The notes beneath the pieces were generated by a model. It was not told the DNA's origin. It saw only the letters and a program-made list of their open reading frames with translations, and made no database searches. This document shows positions 1 to 11,999 of a stretch of 48,902 bases of DNA, one piece after another; position 1 is the first letter of the stretch, and the number at the start of each line of letters is the position of its first letter. This DNA is from Girardia tigrina (taxonomy: Eukaryota), in contig MQRK01212705.1 in NCBI GenBank assembly GCA_001938485.1, forward strand, positions 1 to 48,902. The letters run 5' to 3'. The position numbers and the translations under genes were made by a program.

Positions 1-559
1 AACGTGGTCCTCGTTGCACGCGCGTAGCCAAATCGACGTGCTCATCCACCAGATCGACATCGAGGACTGCGAGCCGGCGATTCTCGTCATCTTCGACAAC
101 CAATCGATTCTCCCCCGGCGAATGTCTCACGTGTGGACCGAGGAACGCCTCTCGTTCCTGTGTCGCTCCTCCAGAAGATCTTACCCGATGTTAGACGATC
201 CCGGCAGACGACGAAATATAGCAATTTTAAATTACAAAATTTTTTTTATTAGAATTAAGTAAAAAATTAAATAAAAATAGAAACTTGAATTTCCAAAAAG
301 TCCGGAGTAAAAACAGCGTCGCCAAAAAGTCATGATCTCGCAAAATTTTGTTTAATATTTTTTAAATTATAGGGTTTTTCGAGCTATTTCATAATTTTTG
401 CAAGCAATTTAATAACAAATTTAAACATTTAAAACATTGTGTAAAAAAGAAGCAACTACATTTTTAAATTTATATTTTACATATAAATAAACGTAATCGA
501 CCTAAGCACAGGGGATGGATCTTTAAGAGAGTTTCACTACGCTCTAAAAGATGTTACAT

Positions 560-1065
560 TGGTGCGTGAGCGAAGAAACTGAACTAAAACAATATGGCTC
601 AGAACAGTATAATCTGCAAACTTTCGAGCATTAGAAGCTATTAATGATGATAAAACTTTATATTTTGAACGAAGTTGCTTTGTTGTTACTCGTCTAAATC
701 GAGTTAGAAGTCGACGAGGAGAACCTGGCTTTTTGACTGTTCGGGCGGCCAGAAGTCAGTACTGGCGGCAATGAACAAATATGGCATAATTTATAATGTC
801 ATATTTGACAGCAGTAAATGGCGAAAACTTTCAACAATGCCTCAGATATTAAAGAGTACTGCATTAACAGAGGTATTGAAAACCCAAATAATTATAATTA
901 AAAATTCTGATTTTATAAAATGTACTATAACAAGTTTTGTAATTTACACATGAAATTTTGTTATGGAGAATAGCATCTTGGTTTACCTGAGAAAATCCAT
1001 AATTAATAGACGTATGTAGATTAAACTCAGATTCGTCAAGAAATAAAATGAGTCTCGTTCTTATA
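560..1065 (-). mobile_element. Decayed IS630/Tc1-like transposase fragment (inverted partner of 1114-1840; uninterrupted TTAA site)
   Basis: The reverse complement of ~911-1065 matches 1427-1472 joined to 1716-1835 and encodes ILFLDESEFNLHTSINYG, the first catalytic-D motif of IS630/Tc1 transposases. Left boundary approximate. Confidence 0.65.
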
Positions 1066-1113
1066 AAATAATGTCGAAGATCGAATTGATGGAAATTACA
1101 TCTTTAAGCAAAA

Positions 1114-1840
1114 ATGCAATTAATGAAGCTATTCGCAAAATTGAAAATAATGAAGATACGGATCAAACATTTGATAGCCTTTATAAAAAGGCTGGAAGGA
1201 AGAGGAAAAACAAAGATTCTTTACATTAGAAGCATAATTGACAATGATAATTCATTAACCCTGATCAGTTGTAAAGACAAACTCTCGTGTAATTTATCTC
1301 TTCCTCAAATCAGCAGAAAAGTAAAATCTGCAAGATTGACACGAAATAAATTACAGAAAAAGTCTAAAGTTACATTAACGATCCATAATATCGAACAGAG
1401 ACAAACACTTTGTGCACAGATATTAAGTATAAGAACTAGACCCATTTTATTTCTGGACGAATCTGGGTTTAACCCGAATGGGGTCACTGTCCTTTTAAAA
1501 GAACACTGCTCAAATATTTTTTACATCAATTTGACGACTCAGCAACAGGCGGCATTAGGTGCAATAGTCTTTGTATATAGGACACCCTATTACAAAAAGA
1601 CCGTATGAAACAAAAAATATTTTTTAATGTAGAACAAGTTATTTAGATATAATAAACCAGATTTAATATCAAAAATTTATTTTTTCTAAAGGAAATAGTT
1701 TCGGCCCCATTAGGGTTAATCTACATACGTCTATTAATTATGGATATTCTCAGGTAAACCAATATACTGTTCTCCATAACAAAATTTCATGTGTAAATTA
1801 CAAAACTTATTAAATTTCATTTTATAAAATCAGAACTTTT
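1114..1840 (+). mobile_element. IS630/Tc1-like transposase remnant interrupted by a TTAA-flanked MITE
   Basis: ORF 1114..1608 has an HTH-like region followed by ILFLDESGFN. After removing 1473-1715 and one TTAA, the frame continues LHTSINYGYSQVNQ. Confidence 0.7.
1473..1715. mobile_element. piggyBac-like MITE (243 bp)
   Basis: TTAA|CCCGAATGGGG ... CCCCATTAGGG|TTAA: terminal inverted repeats starting CCC, a TTAA target duplication, and an empty site in the inverted copy at 1021-1024. Confidence 0.8.
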
Positions 1841-2392
1841 ATTAATGAAAATAGCCTATAAAAATAAATTCGAAAATAAATTTCTTTAAAATATAGAATT
1901 TAAAAATATGATTCCGATAAAATAACACGTCATGTATATTTATGTATAAAATACTGACATTTAAACACAAAGCATTAATAAAATTATTAATTTAATTTTC
2001 ATAAGTAGCTCTAAATCTTGTGATTCTCGGTCTGCTTTTTGATCTTCTCGCTAGTGGGGGTACAATATCATCTTTTGAAAGATCCGTGGAGGAAAATAAA
2101 TTTATTTTTATATTTTAAATAAATGTTTATTTATTTATTTACTATATTTTAAATAAATTTATTTTCAAATTTATTTTTTAAATAAAAAAACTTATTTTTA
2201 AAAAATTCTATTTCGTCCCGACCAAAAATCCTATGTCAGTATTTTATAAATAAATATAGATGACGTATTATTTTATCGGAAGCATATTTTTAAATTCTAT
2301 ATTTTAAATAAAAAAAATTAAATAAATTTTAAATAAATTTATTTTAGAATCTATTTTTTAAATAAAAATCTTATTTTGAAAAAATAATATAT

Positions 2393-2493
2393 TTCGCCCG
2401 ACCAAAAATCCCTGACAAATTGTCACCTCGACCAATTTTCGCTTCGATCAATTGTTATCCGACAAATTTAACCCGACCAATTGACGTGTTCCC
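2393..2493. repeat. MULE-like terminal region made of ~15-bp CGACCAA/CGACAAA subrepeats
   Basis: Repeated cgaccaa/tgacaaa/cgatcaa units ending ttgacgtgttccc; a related end gaccaattggtcggctccc lies at ~3148-3166. Confidence 0.5.
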
Positions 2494-2754
2494 AAACTTA
2501 ACACAGAAATAATAAAAAAATAATAGTAATTTTTATAAATGTAATCTATTTATACATGAAGGTTTCGATTTCAGGGGGCTTAAGCCCCCGTAGCCCTCCC
2601 TAGCTTCGGCCTTGCTCTAAAATAATGGCTTTAGGTAAATTGGTTTAAAAACAAATTCGTTTACACAAATAAATTAACCTAACAAGAAATTTGTCTAAAA
2701 GTAAAGTCTTAAAAAAATCCGTTTAAAATAAATTTGTCTAAAATTACGATAAGG

Positions 2755-3166
2755 ATAACGGACTTTCACTTTCGAGATCAAGATATGGAACTGTTATGGA
2801 AAGGTTTTGGAAGGATTCCCTAAGACAAACAATTATATTGAGGTATGACATCGTGGCTTTCTTTACCAAGTATCCGGCAATCATCAAAATATATTGGAAG
2901 TTTATCACTGCAATAAAAATGAACAGTCACTAAACGAACTAATAAGTGAACTATTTCTTTGTGGACAAAAAATCAGCAAGGAAAAAAATATGTTGATTGT
3001 GCAGAAAGACTTGGGATGATGAAATTACTGACATACAAATTTTAGATTTTCTCCGTCGTGTAGCTGTGAAATATTAATACAGTCTATTCCTTGTCGGATT
3101 TTTACGATTTTAATTTCACTTATTGTTATGTTGATTGTTTTGTTTTAGACCAATTGGTCGGCTCCC
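2755..3166 (+). mobile_element. Mutator/MULE transposase C-terminal fragment (pseudogene)
   Basis: Reads KVLEGFPKTNNYIEV*HRGF...YPAI, resembling the RTNNxxEGWH motif of animal MULE transposases; contains stops. Confidence 0.5.
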
Positions 3167-3855
3167 AAAATAATATACTTTCTAATAACTAACAAAAAAC
3201 CTGTGATGAAAAAAAAACTTCAGTGATAGTTGATACCGATTATCAATGATCAAAATGTTTCCCTTATGTTTGTGCTTTACATAAGGATTTAAAGATTCAT
3301 TTTGTCAATCATTCTCAGAAAATTTTCATATTTATTAATGTAATCGACATTTATGTAAATATTAAGTTGATCAAAGATGAGGTTCCGAAAGTAAACCAAA
3401 ATTTGAGATTTTATTCAAATCAGATAAGGTCTTCTCCCGAACCAGGTTTATTTTCATTATGTTATGTAAGTGAGATAGGTGTGACAATCTCTGTCTGTAG
3501 GGGCAACTATTGACGAGATGCTTACCCGGTGGCGGGGGAAAGAACAGCTACTGGAGGAGCACCATGGCTACATCCAATGGTTAGTCTTGGTATTGTAGGG
3601 CTGTAGTTGACAGTAATTTATATAGGCTGTTCCCACTGCGGGTAGCTGGCCTCAACGTTGAGGTGCATCCACTACAGAAACATGAGGCTGAGGTGAGCTT
3701 GGTCACACTTCTCTTTTCTCTCTCTCTATTGTTTCACAATTATCTTTTTTTCGATTTATCTAATTCTTTATCTTTCAATTTGGTCTCAAATTAAATCATT
3801 ATTAAATCTGAGAAAAATAACATTAATGAAGTTCACGAATCATTTTATGAAAAAA

Positions 3856-4330
3856 TTATTGGGAGTCCATTAAAGTTAGATGAATTATAATTATATGATG
3901 AATTATAATCTGTCTATAGTCAACGAAATTATGTAAAACTGCAAAGATATCTTCTCCTCTTGTTCCTCCACGTAACGGTTCAATTTTTAAATCTTCTTTC
4001 TTGCTCGTATAATCTGAGAATTCCATAAATATAAATATTATCAACTGGGCAACTTCCGGGGAGTCATTTGTCCCAATCAGTTGCAATAATCAATGTCTGG
4101 TAATAATGGATTATTAATATCGGAACTTAAAGCTTCACCTCTCATAACTGTTGCTACAGATAGTAGCCGATCTTAATTGTTGGACAAAATTTCATTTTCA
4201 TTTTTAAAATCTTGTTTTATATTTTTAATGTATAACTATTTGCCTTTTTCCATTCTCTTTTTTAGCTTACTTTCCAACAATATGTATCCATGGAATTTGG
4301 AAATTTGTTTTTGAAGGCCTTTTACTCAAT
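3856..4330 (-). mobile_element. hAT (Charlie/SPIN-type) transposase fragment
   Basis: ORF 3856..4086 (QLIGTNDSPEVAQLIIFI...LRGGTRGEDIF) matches the hAT pattern LDESTD..AQLxIFIR...TxGEDIF. Confidence 0.65.
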
Positions 4331-4543
4331 CAATTTTCTCCCATCTTCGCTCACTCACTCATTCTCGATGACAATAAAGGATTGTGTGAAAATTTCATCC
4401 AAAAAACTTTTTAAGGTCTCAAAATTGAAACAAAATGGTCCCATTGGAGTTCCTGAATAATATTAATTGAAAAAGATCTACTTATTATTTATAAGTACTT
4501 TATGTTACGCTAAAAATAAATAAAGTCCACTAAATTTAAAGTC

Positions 4544-4728
4544 TAACTAGTAATTCAAAAATATATATTTTTATATCCATGCTTTATGCAGACAGAACTC
4601 TACTTTGTCAACAGAATTTTTTATTGTTTTTCTGAAAATATTTTTTAATTAAAATCGTCTTGGCAAAGTAGAGAGTTCTGTCTGCATAAAGAATGGATGT
4701 AAAAAATATTTTTTTGATTTACTAGTTA
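4544..4728. mobile_element. Foldback/MITE-like inverted repeat
   Basis: atccatgctttatgcagacagaactctactttg (~4575-4607) pairs with caaagtagagagttctgtctgcataaagaatggat (~4664-4698); the arms extend to actagtaa/ttactagt. Confidence 0.6.
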
Positions 4729-4756
4729 CGATTGGCTTTACGATTGAACTCTGTTA

Positions 4757-5701
4757 TTAGGTTGGAACGGAATTATTGTCAGTAACTTAACATTTTATTA
4801 AAAGCAAAATTTTGGCAATTCATTCATTAATATAATTGCCATTACTTTCGATTATTCATCACTAATGAGATTGCAACAAGAAAATTCTCTCTGGAGTTTT
4901 CAGATCGAAAAACGTTTAAATGGCTTGTTCCATGTGTTCATGTTCAATGAAGAGGTATCTGCAAAGGAAATGTACCAGTGACCGGAAAAGATGATTATCG
5001 GACGGGACAAAGTCTGGGCGATATAGTAAGTACTCAAGAACACCCCAACCCAATTCATTAAGTTTTTGGTGAGTCTGGCGTTGTCTTGATGAAATTAAAA
5101 CACGAGCCATGTTGATACCACGAATACAAAAGTGACCTGAACACGGTCTAATTGGGAGCAGTAAACTTCAGAGTTGATGGTTTGACCGCGCGGAAGAAGT
5201 TCCCAGGGAAGAGGTTCCGATGCCATTCAAGAAACACATCACTTTTTTATGGCATCATTCCGAGGCATCCGTTTTCCAAGTTGATCAAGACTCAGCCATT
5301 ACTTCTTGCGTTTCCAGTTACCGTAGACAACCGACTTATCATCCATATCCCGAAATCCGGCTGAATTTGTGAAATAGCCAAAAACAGTCGTTTATTCGCC
5401 GATTTATTTGTATTTGTTATGTTCGTGCGAGATCTCTTGACCAAGTCTATGTTTTTGTTAATTTTAGGAAGGTTTTGAATAAAGGTTGTATTGGAAATTC
5501 TGAATTCAGTGGTCAGTTCGCGTGTTGTTTTGAACTGATCCGCTTCAATGTAGCGGCGTAACGCTCGTTAATCTCCCAGATGGTAACTTCGTGCCACTGA
5601 CCTTTCGATCAAGCACATTTACCAGTGATCCGAATCTGTGGTTCCTCTCGTACTGAACAGAATTACTATTGTAATGACGGTTTATATAGTAGGATAAAAC
5701 T

Positions 5702-5734
<33 letters not shown>

Positions 5735-6042
5735 TCTCTTGTTAGGTTTCTAGAGAGCCTTTAGTTTCTACGATGCATATTGCCGAATAGGAATTTCACA
5801 TATCATAAGAAATATTTTCTTTCAGACGTTAAATCTCGGCCGTTTCTAGTTCCAAGTTTGAATTCGTAGAAAATTAAGTTGTGAATTTCTTCACGCTTTT
5901 TTGACATTTGACTTGTTTCTTAAATGATTAACTTTATTTAGAAAAGTGCGAATAATATATCGAAATTCACATAAAAATATATAATATATAAAAATTAGTT
6001 ACAGTTTTTTAAATAACTGACAAAACTTTAGTTCTGACCTAA
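4757..6042 (-). mobile_element. Decayed mariner element with degenerate TIRs
   Basis: TIRs ttaggttggaacggaattattgtcagt / actgacaaaactttagttctgacctaa. Peptides WELLPRGQTINSEVYCSQLDRV and LGWGVLEYLLYRPDFVPSDNHLFRSL (YSPDLAPSDYHLF-like). Confidence 0.8.
5570..5734 (-). pseudogene. Fragment of 28S (LSU) rRNA including the sarcin-ricin loop, embedded in the mariner
   Basis: Reverse complement reads GTGAGCTGGGTTTAAACCGTCGTGAGACAGGTTAGTTTTATCCTACT...CAGTACGAGAGGAACC...GCACGAAGTTACCATCTG, the conserved eukaryotic LSU 3' domain. Only ~165 nt are present. Confidence 0.9.
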
Positions 6043-6239
6043 GACTTATTCTAATTTTTTCAAGCACTCATTTTCTGTGATAGTAAATCACCTATCAGAA
6101 TCTTTGTTCCAATCATGATCCCAGGTCACTTTAGCACGTTTGAAATTTTTCGGATTTTATTTTTGGTCGTCAAGTATGAAATTTGTAGAACTAAAGTCAA
6201 AATTTAGTAATAACTTACCAATACAAATATTTATGTCAT

Positions 6240-7300
6240 TCGTCAAAGTATACAGCCATATTATCGACTCACTTTTGTCATTTGGGATTTAACTTTTTAA
6301 GGCCATTTGAATAAAATTTGGATGGGTGAGAGTCTATAAATTCCGGAAAGGCCATTTTTCAGCTTCTTCGGAATTAAATTTTTTTCCTTTCAAAAAGTTC
6401 TTGAAATTGAGGAAGAAATGATAATCAGTTAGGGCTAGATCTGATGAAGTTCCAGTATTTATGAAACAGCCTTCAGTGCAGTTTGTGGTGTTGCATTGTC
6501 GAGGAGCAAGATGTGAATCAACGTATTTACCAAACCCGGCTATTTTTCTTGGAGTTTCCGCATCATATCTTCCAATTGGTTGCAGTAGACATCTGCTGTA
6601 ATCGATGAACCATGTTTCATGAAGTCATATTGAATTATAACTGCGGCAGACCACCAAACACTCATCATCAGCTTATTTTAATGAATTTTGTGCTTTGGAC
6701 TGTGTTTTGGTGCTTTATTCGTTTCAACCCAACTTGTTGAACGTTTGTGATTATCATGTTCGATGTACTTTTCATCACAAATGACTGTTCGATTCTAAAA
6801 TTGATCACTTTCATAACGAGAAAGCATCATCAAGCAAGCATTCAAAAATTTTGTTTCAATTCATGTGGAATCATATTCCAACTTTTTTTAGTTTACCAAT
6901 TTGATCCAAATGACTCAATACTGTTTGCTTTGTAACAGTAAATTTTAGCGATAAATCATGAGCATTTTGTGTAGGATCTTACTCCATGGTTACCTTAAGT
7001 TCGTCATTATCTACCTGCCTTTCTGGGTTCATTATTGAGAGTCATTATGTAGGTTAAAATTACCTTTCACAAATTTCCTGAACAAATTTTCGACTGTACT
7101 GTGTTGTAGCATTGCATCCGAATACACTATTGATGTTTCCTACTTCATAATGGTTAGAATTTCTGCTTTTTTCATTTTTTATAATACTGATCATGAAAAC
7201 AAGTTTTCGATAATTTTTATTAATTTTATTGGTGCGTTCAATAGCCAAGATGTGTAGGAATGAAACGAAAAAACTGAGCAACTAAATGTTTAATCAGCGT
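6240..7300 (-). mobile_element. Decayed mariner transposase
   Basis: Minus-strand peptides VICDEKYIEHDN, LMMSVWWSAAVIIQYDFMKHGSSITADVYCNQLEDM and LLLDNATP. Boundaries approximate. Confidence 0.75.
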
Positions 7301-8091
7301 CAACGGAGTATTAGAATTTATTGTAATCATGTATATAGATTTCATACTTGACTAATTCAAATTTCAGAAAAGAATTTGAATATTGTCGCTTTCTCAAATG
7401 ACAATCTGAACACACTTAACAAATATGATTCATAATTTCTGACAAACATTTCACAAACTTTCTTTTCCTCTCTTTACTCTTTGTCTTTGTTTCCAGTACT
7501 CATATTCTATGGTGCTTATAAATACGAATAGGTTACAGATGTCACCTACCTCAAAGTCGTTGACTTTGCTAATGGTATGATGGGGCTATAAATAGACCAT
7601 CCAATATTCTATATTAAATGTAAAAATTGATATTAAATACAATTTTGTTGCAATTACCATTATGATGGCTCAGTGAGAAGGATTCCTGGGCGAATTCCTG
7701 AATCTCTATCTTTATAAACTCGTTAGATGACCACGCTTTCATAATCAATATTTGGACACACTTCTGACGGACCAATGCATTTTCATTCAACCTCTCGAGA
7801 CAAAATTTAAATCCTCATTTTACACGCTGTATTTAAAGCCTCTAAAGGCCCATTGAACTGTTTAAGCGATTCTGTAATCCGTCTAACCAGATTGATCATT
7901 GATCTGTTACACTTCTTTTAAATCGTCTTTTTTAATTTATTTATCACTAGTTTCTGTAATGATAATTAATTGGGGGAACAATGAGAACAGTTTGTGATTA
8001 CTGTACATAACAACGGTCATTCTTGATCAGAAGCCTTAAGGATTTTTTATCTTATTGTAACATCGGATTATTATTATTAATATTATCATGT

Positions 8092-9091
8092 CAAGGTTGA
8101 GTCAAAAGTTATCCATGTTTTCGGGACTATTATTTTTACACAAATTTTATGACACTGATTATATTATTCCTCGAAATGCAGTCCATCATTTTCAATGACT
8201 CGAAGCCATCTTTCTGCAAATGACGATACCATGCAGGTGTCTTGAAGGCAAAATAATCGGCGATTCCAGTTGTGACCCCTCTCTCTGAACCAAAGCGTCT
8301 CCCTTGTAAGAATTGTGAGAGAACAAAACATTATAATCAGAAGGGAAGAAGGTCCGTGGTATACGGTGGGTAGGAAATTACTTCGATGTCTTACAATTCT
8401 TGAATTTTCTGCTTCCCTAATCGTGATGTATGAGCTGGAGCATTGTCATGCTGTATGATTGCTCTACCGCGATTCAACAATCCTGGGTAACGATTGCTCA
8501 AAGCACCATGAACTCGCTGTAATTTTTCAGTATAAAGGTTACAATCGATGGTTCGACCATCAGGAAGAAGTTCCCAGTGCATAGGTACCACATAAATCCT
8601 CCAAACACACAACATCGCCTTCTTTTCGATGTGACCTTGACGAACAACTTTCTGAGTTGGCTGATCATACTGAAGCCAGTGCTTACCTGCACTAGAATTA
8701 CGTTAACCACTGATAGTCAACCTGAACGTTCCTGATCTTCAAAACTGGTATCTCTGATTAAAACGAGGAAAAAGCCGCTGAGCTGTATTTTCCTTGAACA
8801 CATCCTTGCCTTCCACGTTAAAGATTTCTTGAGTCGCAGCTGCTGCTGTTAGACATTTTTCCAATAATGTCGTAATAAGACACGAATTTCTGTTTTTTCT
8901 TCAATCATTCTAGAAGGTAAAAAATAAGGGAATGAAGTTTAAAGTTTTAACTTTTAAAGTGTAATTTGATTCACCGTTTTATGTGCTTCAAAATGATACC
9001 AAACGTTGCATATAAATGTTAGACTTAAATGATCTGGTAAAACAAAAACTTTACTTTACTAAAAAACAGGAATAACGTTTGACGCAATCTG
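8092..9091 (-). mobile_element. Decayed mariner element with TIRs
   Basis: TIRs caaggttgagtcaaaagttatccatgtttt / aaaacaggaataacgtttgacgcaatctg. ORF 8391..8615 contains WELLPDGRTIDCNLYTEKL...IIQHDNAPAHTS. Confidence 0.85.
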
Positions 9092-9107
9092 GTATATTTT
9101 AATTTTA

Positions 9108-9713
9108 TCTTATAAAAGCCCAAGTCACTCANNNNNNNNNNNNNNNNNNNNNNNNNNNNNNNNNNNNNNNNNNNNNNNNNNNNNNNNNNNNNNNNNNNNN
9201 NNNNNNNNNNNNNNNNNNNNNNNNNNNNNNNNNNNNNNNNNNNNNNNNNNNNNNNNNNNNNNNNNNNNNNNNNNNNNNNNNNNNNNNNNNNNNNNNNNNN
9301 NNNNNNNNNNNNNNNNNNNNNNNNNNNNNNNNNNNNNNNNNNNNNNNNNNNNNNNNNNNNNNNNNNNNNNNNNNNNNNNNNNNNNNNNNNNNNNNNNNNN
9401 NNNNNNNNNNNNNNNNNNNNNNNNNNNNNNNNNNNNATTTATTATGAAAAATTCTGTATTTAATGTGGAAAAATATCAATTTATTATGAAAAATTCTGTA
9501 TTTAATATGAAAAACATCAATTTATTATGAAAAAATCTGTATTTAATATGAAAAATATCAATTTATTATGAAAAATTATGTTATTATTTCAAAAATTTAC
9601 CTTACAGCATTAGTGAGGCAGTGAGGCAGGCAGTGAGTGACTTGGGCTTTTATAATATAAAAAAAATTGAACCCCCGGCAAGAGAGGGCCGCGAAGCGGG
9701 CCGAGCGCGCTAG
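9108..9713 (+). mobile_element. Non-autonomous Helitron-like element spanning an assembly gap
   Basis: 5' A|TC start (tcttataaaagcccaagtcactca). The 3' GC-rich hairpin ggccgcgaagcgggcc is followed by CTAG|T. Internal ~41-bp tandem repeats; the interior is partly N. Confidence 0.6.
9438..9580. repeat. ~41-bp tandem repeat, 3+ copies, abutting the N gap
   Basis: Unit atttattatgaaaaattctgtatttaatatgaaaaatatca. Confidence 0.9.
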
Positions 9714-10225
9714 TTTTAAATTAATAAATAAATATATTCATATATCGTAAAAATTAGAGTACTATTAGCATTACATTTCTTAACTATTTTACAAAATCCA
9801 AAGACACTGAAGTGGAAATTGTATTGTAGGATGAATCAAGAAGGTATCCGTGATAGAGGGAGTATCGTAGAGAATCGTATTGCTGTGTCATCTTAACAAA
9901 CCAGATGACATTAACATTATGTATAAATAGATTTAGTAATTTCTGCCGCCTTATCTGTTAAAAAAACCACGTATGTGTTTACCTATTTATCTGACTATAG
10001 TAAGAATAATAACTTTGGGAGTGAATACTGATATCTGTGCTATTAGTGCCGGATATGTTGGATAGGCGAATGAATCTTTTATATGCGACAACCATCGATA
10101 CTTAAGTGAGCGGATCCCTCCCGTTAAAGTGATCCTTAAAAAAGTTTGTTTGAGGTATAAATGTTAAAATAAAATAGCTGGGACATTTGTCATATCGACA
10201 TGCTAGGAGACATCCCCTTCCTATA

Positions 10226-11121
10226 CAGTGCGTTTCATATTATTAGAAACATTAGCATCAGAAGATATTATTTATTTAAAAAAACATCAGAAATATCAAT
10301 CACGACAGTCAGTCATCCAATTATTTCTCCTGGTTCAGGATCCCTTCACCAATGTGAAGTCTCCCTGCACCCAAAAAAAATCATTATTCCTCACAACAAA
10401 TACCTTTTGCGGAAATTGCAGTCTGAATAAGTGTCTGAGGGAAGTCACTCAAACTTTCTTAGCACGTCCATCACCAAATTCAAAGTAGGATTCGTCACTG
10501 AATGCAACTTTGTTCCAATCAGTAACTGACCACTTTCGGAATCGCTTGGCGAAGGCTAACCTCTTCTTCTTCATGACTAATGTCAACAGGGGCACGGGAC
10601 GGTGTTTTACTGTTTGCATCCTGTCTCTTTAACTCTTAAAACTGTTGTCTTGTTAACACTGGTTCTTAATGTTAGCAAATTTTGACGTAAGCTTGAAACT
10701 GTGAATGATGGGTTCCGTTTGATGTCATGAGTTAAGCTTCTGACATCAGGGGCATTTGTTTTTCGCTTTCGGTCACATTTCCCAATTCTCGGTGATGCCA
10801 TCTCGTCCACATTTTGTAATTTCCCTATTCTACTGATACTACCAATTGAAACATCACAATTAGCAGCAATTTGTCTCACTGAATATATTTTTTTATCGAC
10901 AAGGGTTTTAATCTGAGCAATTTTAGTTGACTGTAAAACACACTTTTTGTCCAAGAGTAAGGTAAACAAAATGTCGATTAAACAATAAAAGACTGAATTA
11001 TTCAAAAATATCGAATAAATAATTCAAGGATCTCTAAATATAACATTAATTAGCCTTTTGTGAATTAATGTGCAAGTACAACCATATTGGGTTACTGTTT
11101 CTAATAATACGAAACGCACGG
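10226..11121 (-). mobile_element. Internally deleted Tc1-like element with TA target duplication
   Basis: TA|CAGTGCGTTTCATATTATTAGAAACA ... TGTTTCTAATAATACGAAACGCACGG|TA. ORF 10607..11005 has an HTH and a GRKRK-like motif, followed by DWNKVAFSDESYFE. Confidence 0.9.
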
Positions 11122-11277
11122 TATGTGATTAACCACATCACCGATGTTTCTTCCAATGAATTTATACATTAGTCCAAGATTTTCATTCTGAGTGTTTTAA
11201 TTTGGTCCTCATTTAAATACACTTCCTTATTTATTTCTGTACGATTACAATTAAAGAGTAATCTTTCAATTGCCCAG

Positions 11278-11753
11278 GCGATAATGAATAATCGTATCAT
11301 GAAAATGCGAGTTGTGAGCGCGTACCGTCTGATGTTAGAATTCTTTGGGCTGAGCATGCCTGATCACGAGAATGGCAGAATCGAGAAATTGAATAATTTC
11401 AAAGAGAGATTGGTTCATGTGCTACAGTATGACTTGAATAGGCATTCATGGTATGTTTGACAACGATTCGTAGGCATCCGCACAATTTACTGAGAATTAC
11501 TCGCATCTTGCAGTCACTCGGAGAGCTTGGATGGACGCATCTGCAGTTTCCCTTTGTCGAGTTCTTCGTTGATCTGTTGCTTCAAAAGACCCAACTCATC
11601 AAACTGCTCGAGTCGTCATCGATCGCACGGAGTCAGATACCGAGGCGGATAAGACTACTGACGAATAGTTGTACGGAGTACTGGGTAAACAGTATCATCG
11701 ATGATGACCAGTGGCGAAAAATGCAGACTCGAGCCACACCACTGTTGGACTAG
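11278..11753 (+). CDS. Opioid growth factor receptor (OGFr) conserved-domain protein, last two exons (11278-11426, 11474-11753)
   Basis: Spliced over a 47-nt GT-AG intron it reads RVVSAYRLMLEFFGLSMPDHENGRIEKLNNFKERLVHVLQHPHNLLRITRILQSLGELGWTHLQFPFVEFF, matching OGFr AYELMLGFYG...HNNLRITRILKSLGELG. AATAAA at ~11883. 5' exons not found. Confidence 0.85.
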
Positions 11754-11999
11754 GATGTTTAACAACGAGCATAATGCTATGTGTTCTGTCTTAACCAGCA
11801 GTATTATAGAGAGAGCAATGTTCTTTCACCGATGGTCCTGGTACATGTGATATATGACTTTTGATTATATTTATATTTCTAGAATAAATAGATGATTTTG
11901 TTTTCTCTATATAAAATTAGATACGAACTCGATACCTTTTGATGACATTTGTTTCCTTCATTGACTCACACGCACTCGTTACACCCACGAAAACATCTT

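Noticed and set aside
1-262. GC-rich segment with open frames on both strands
   Set aside because: Truncated by the window edge and no recognisable motif; cannot be assigned.
3480-3710. Possible LINE 5' end or HDV-like ribozyme
   Set aside because: GC-rich, but I could not build the required nested pseudoknot pairings by eye.
5570-5734. Functional rRNA gene
   Set aside because: Only ~165 nt, flanked on both sides by mariner sequence.
9129-9479. 116-aa ORF
   Set aside because: Artefact of the N gap.
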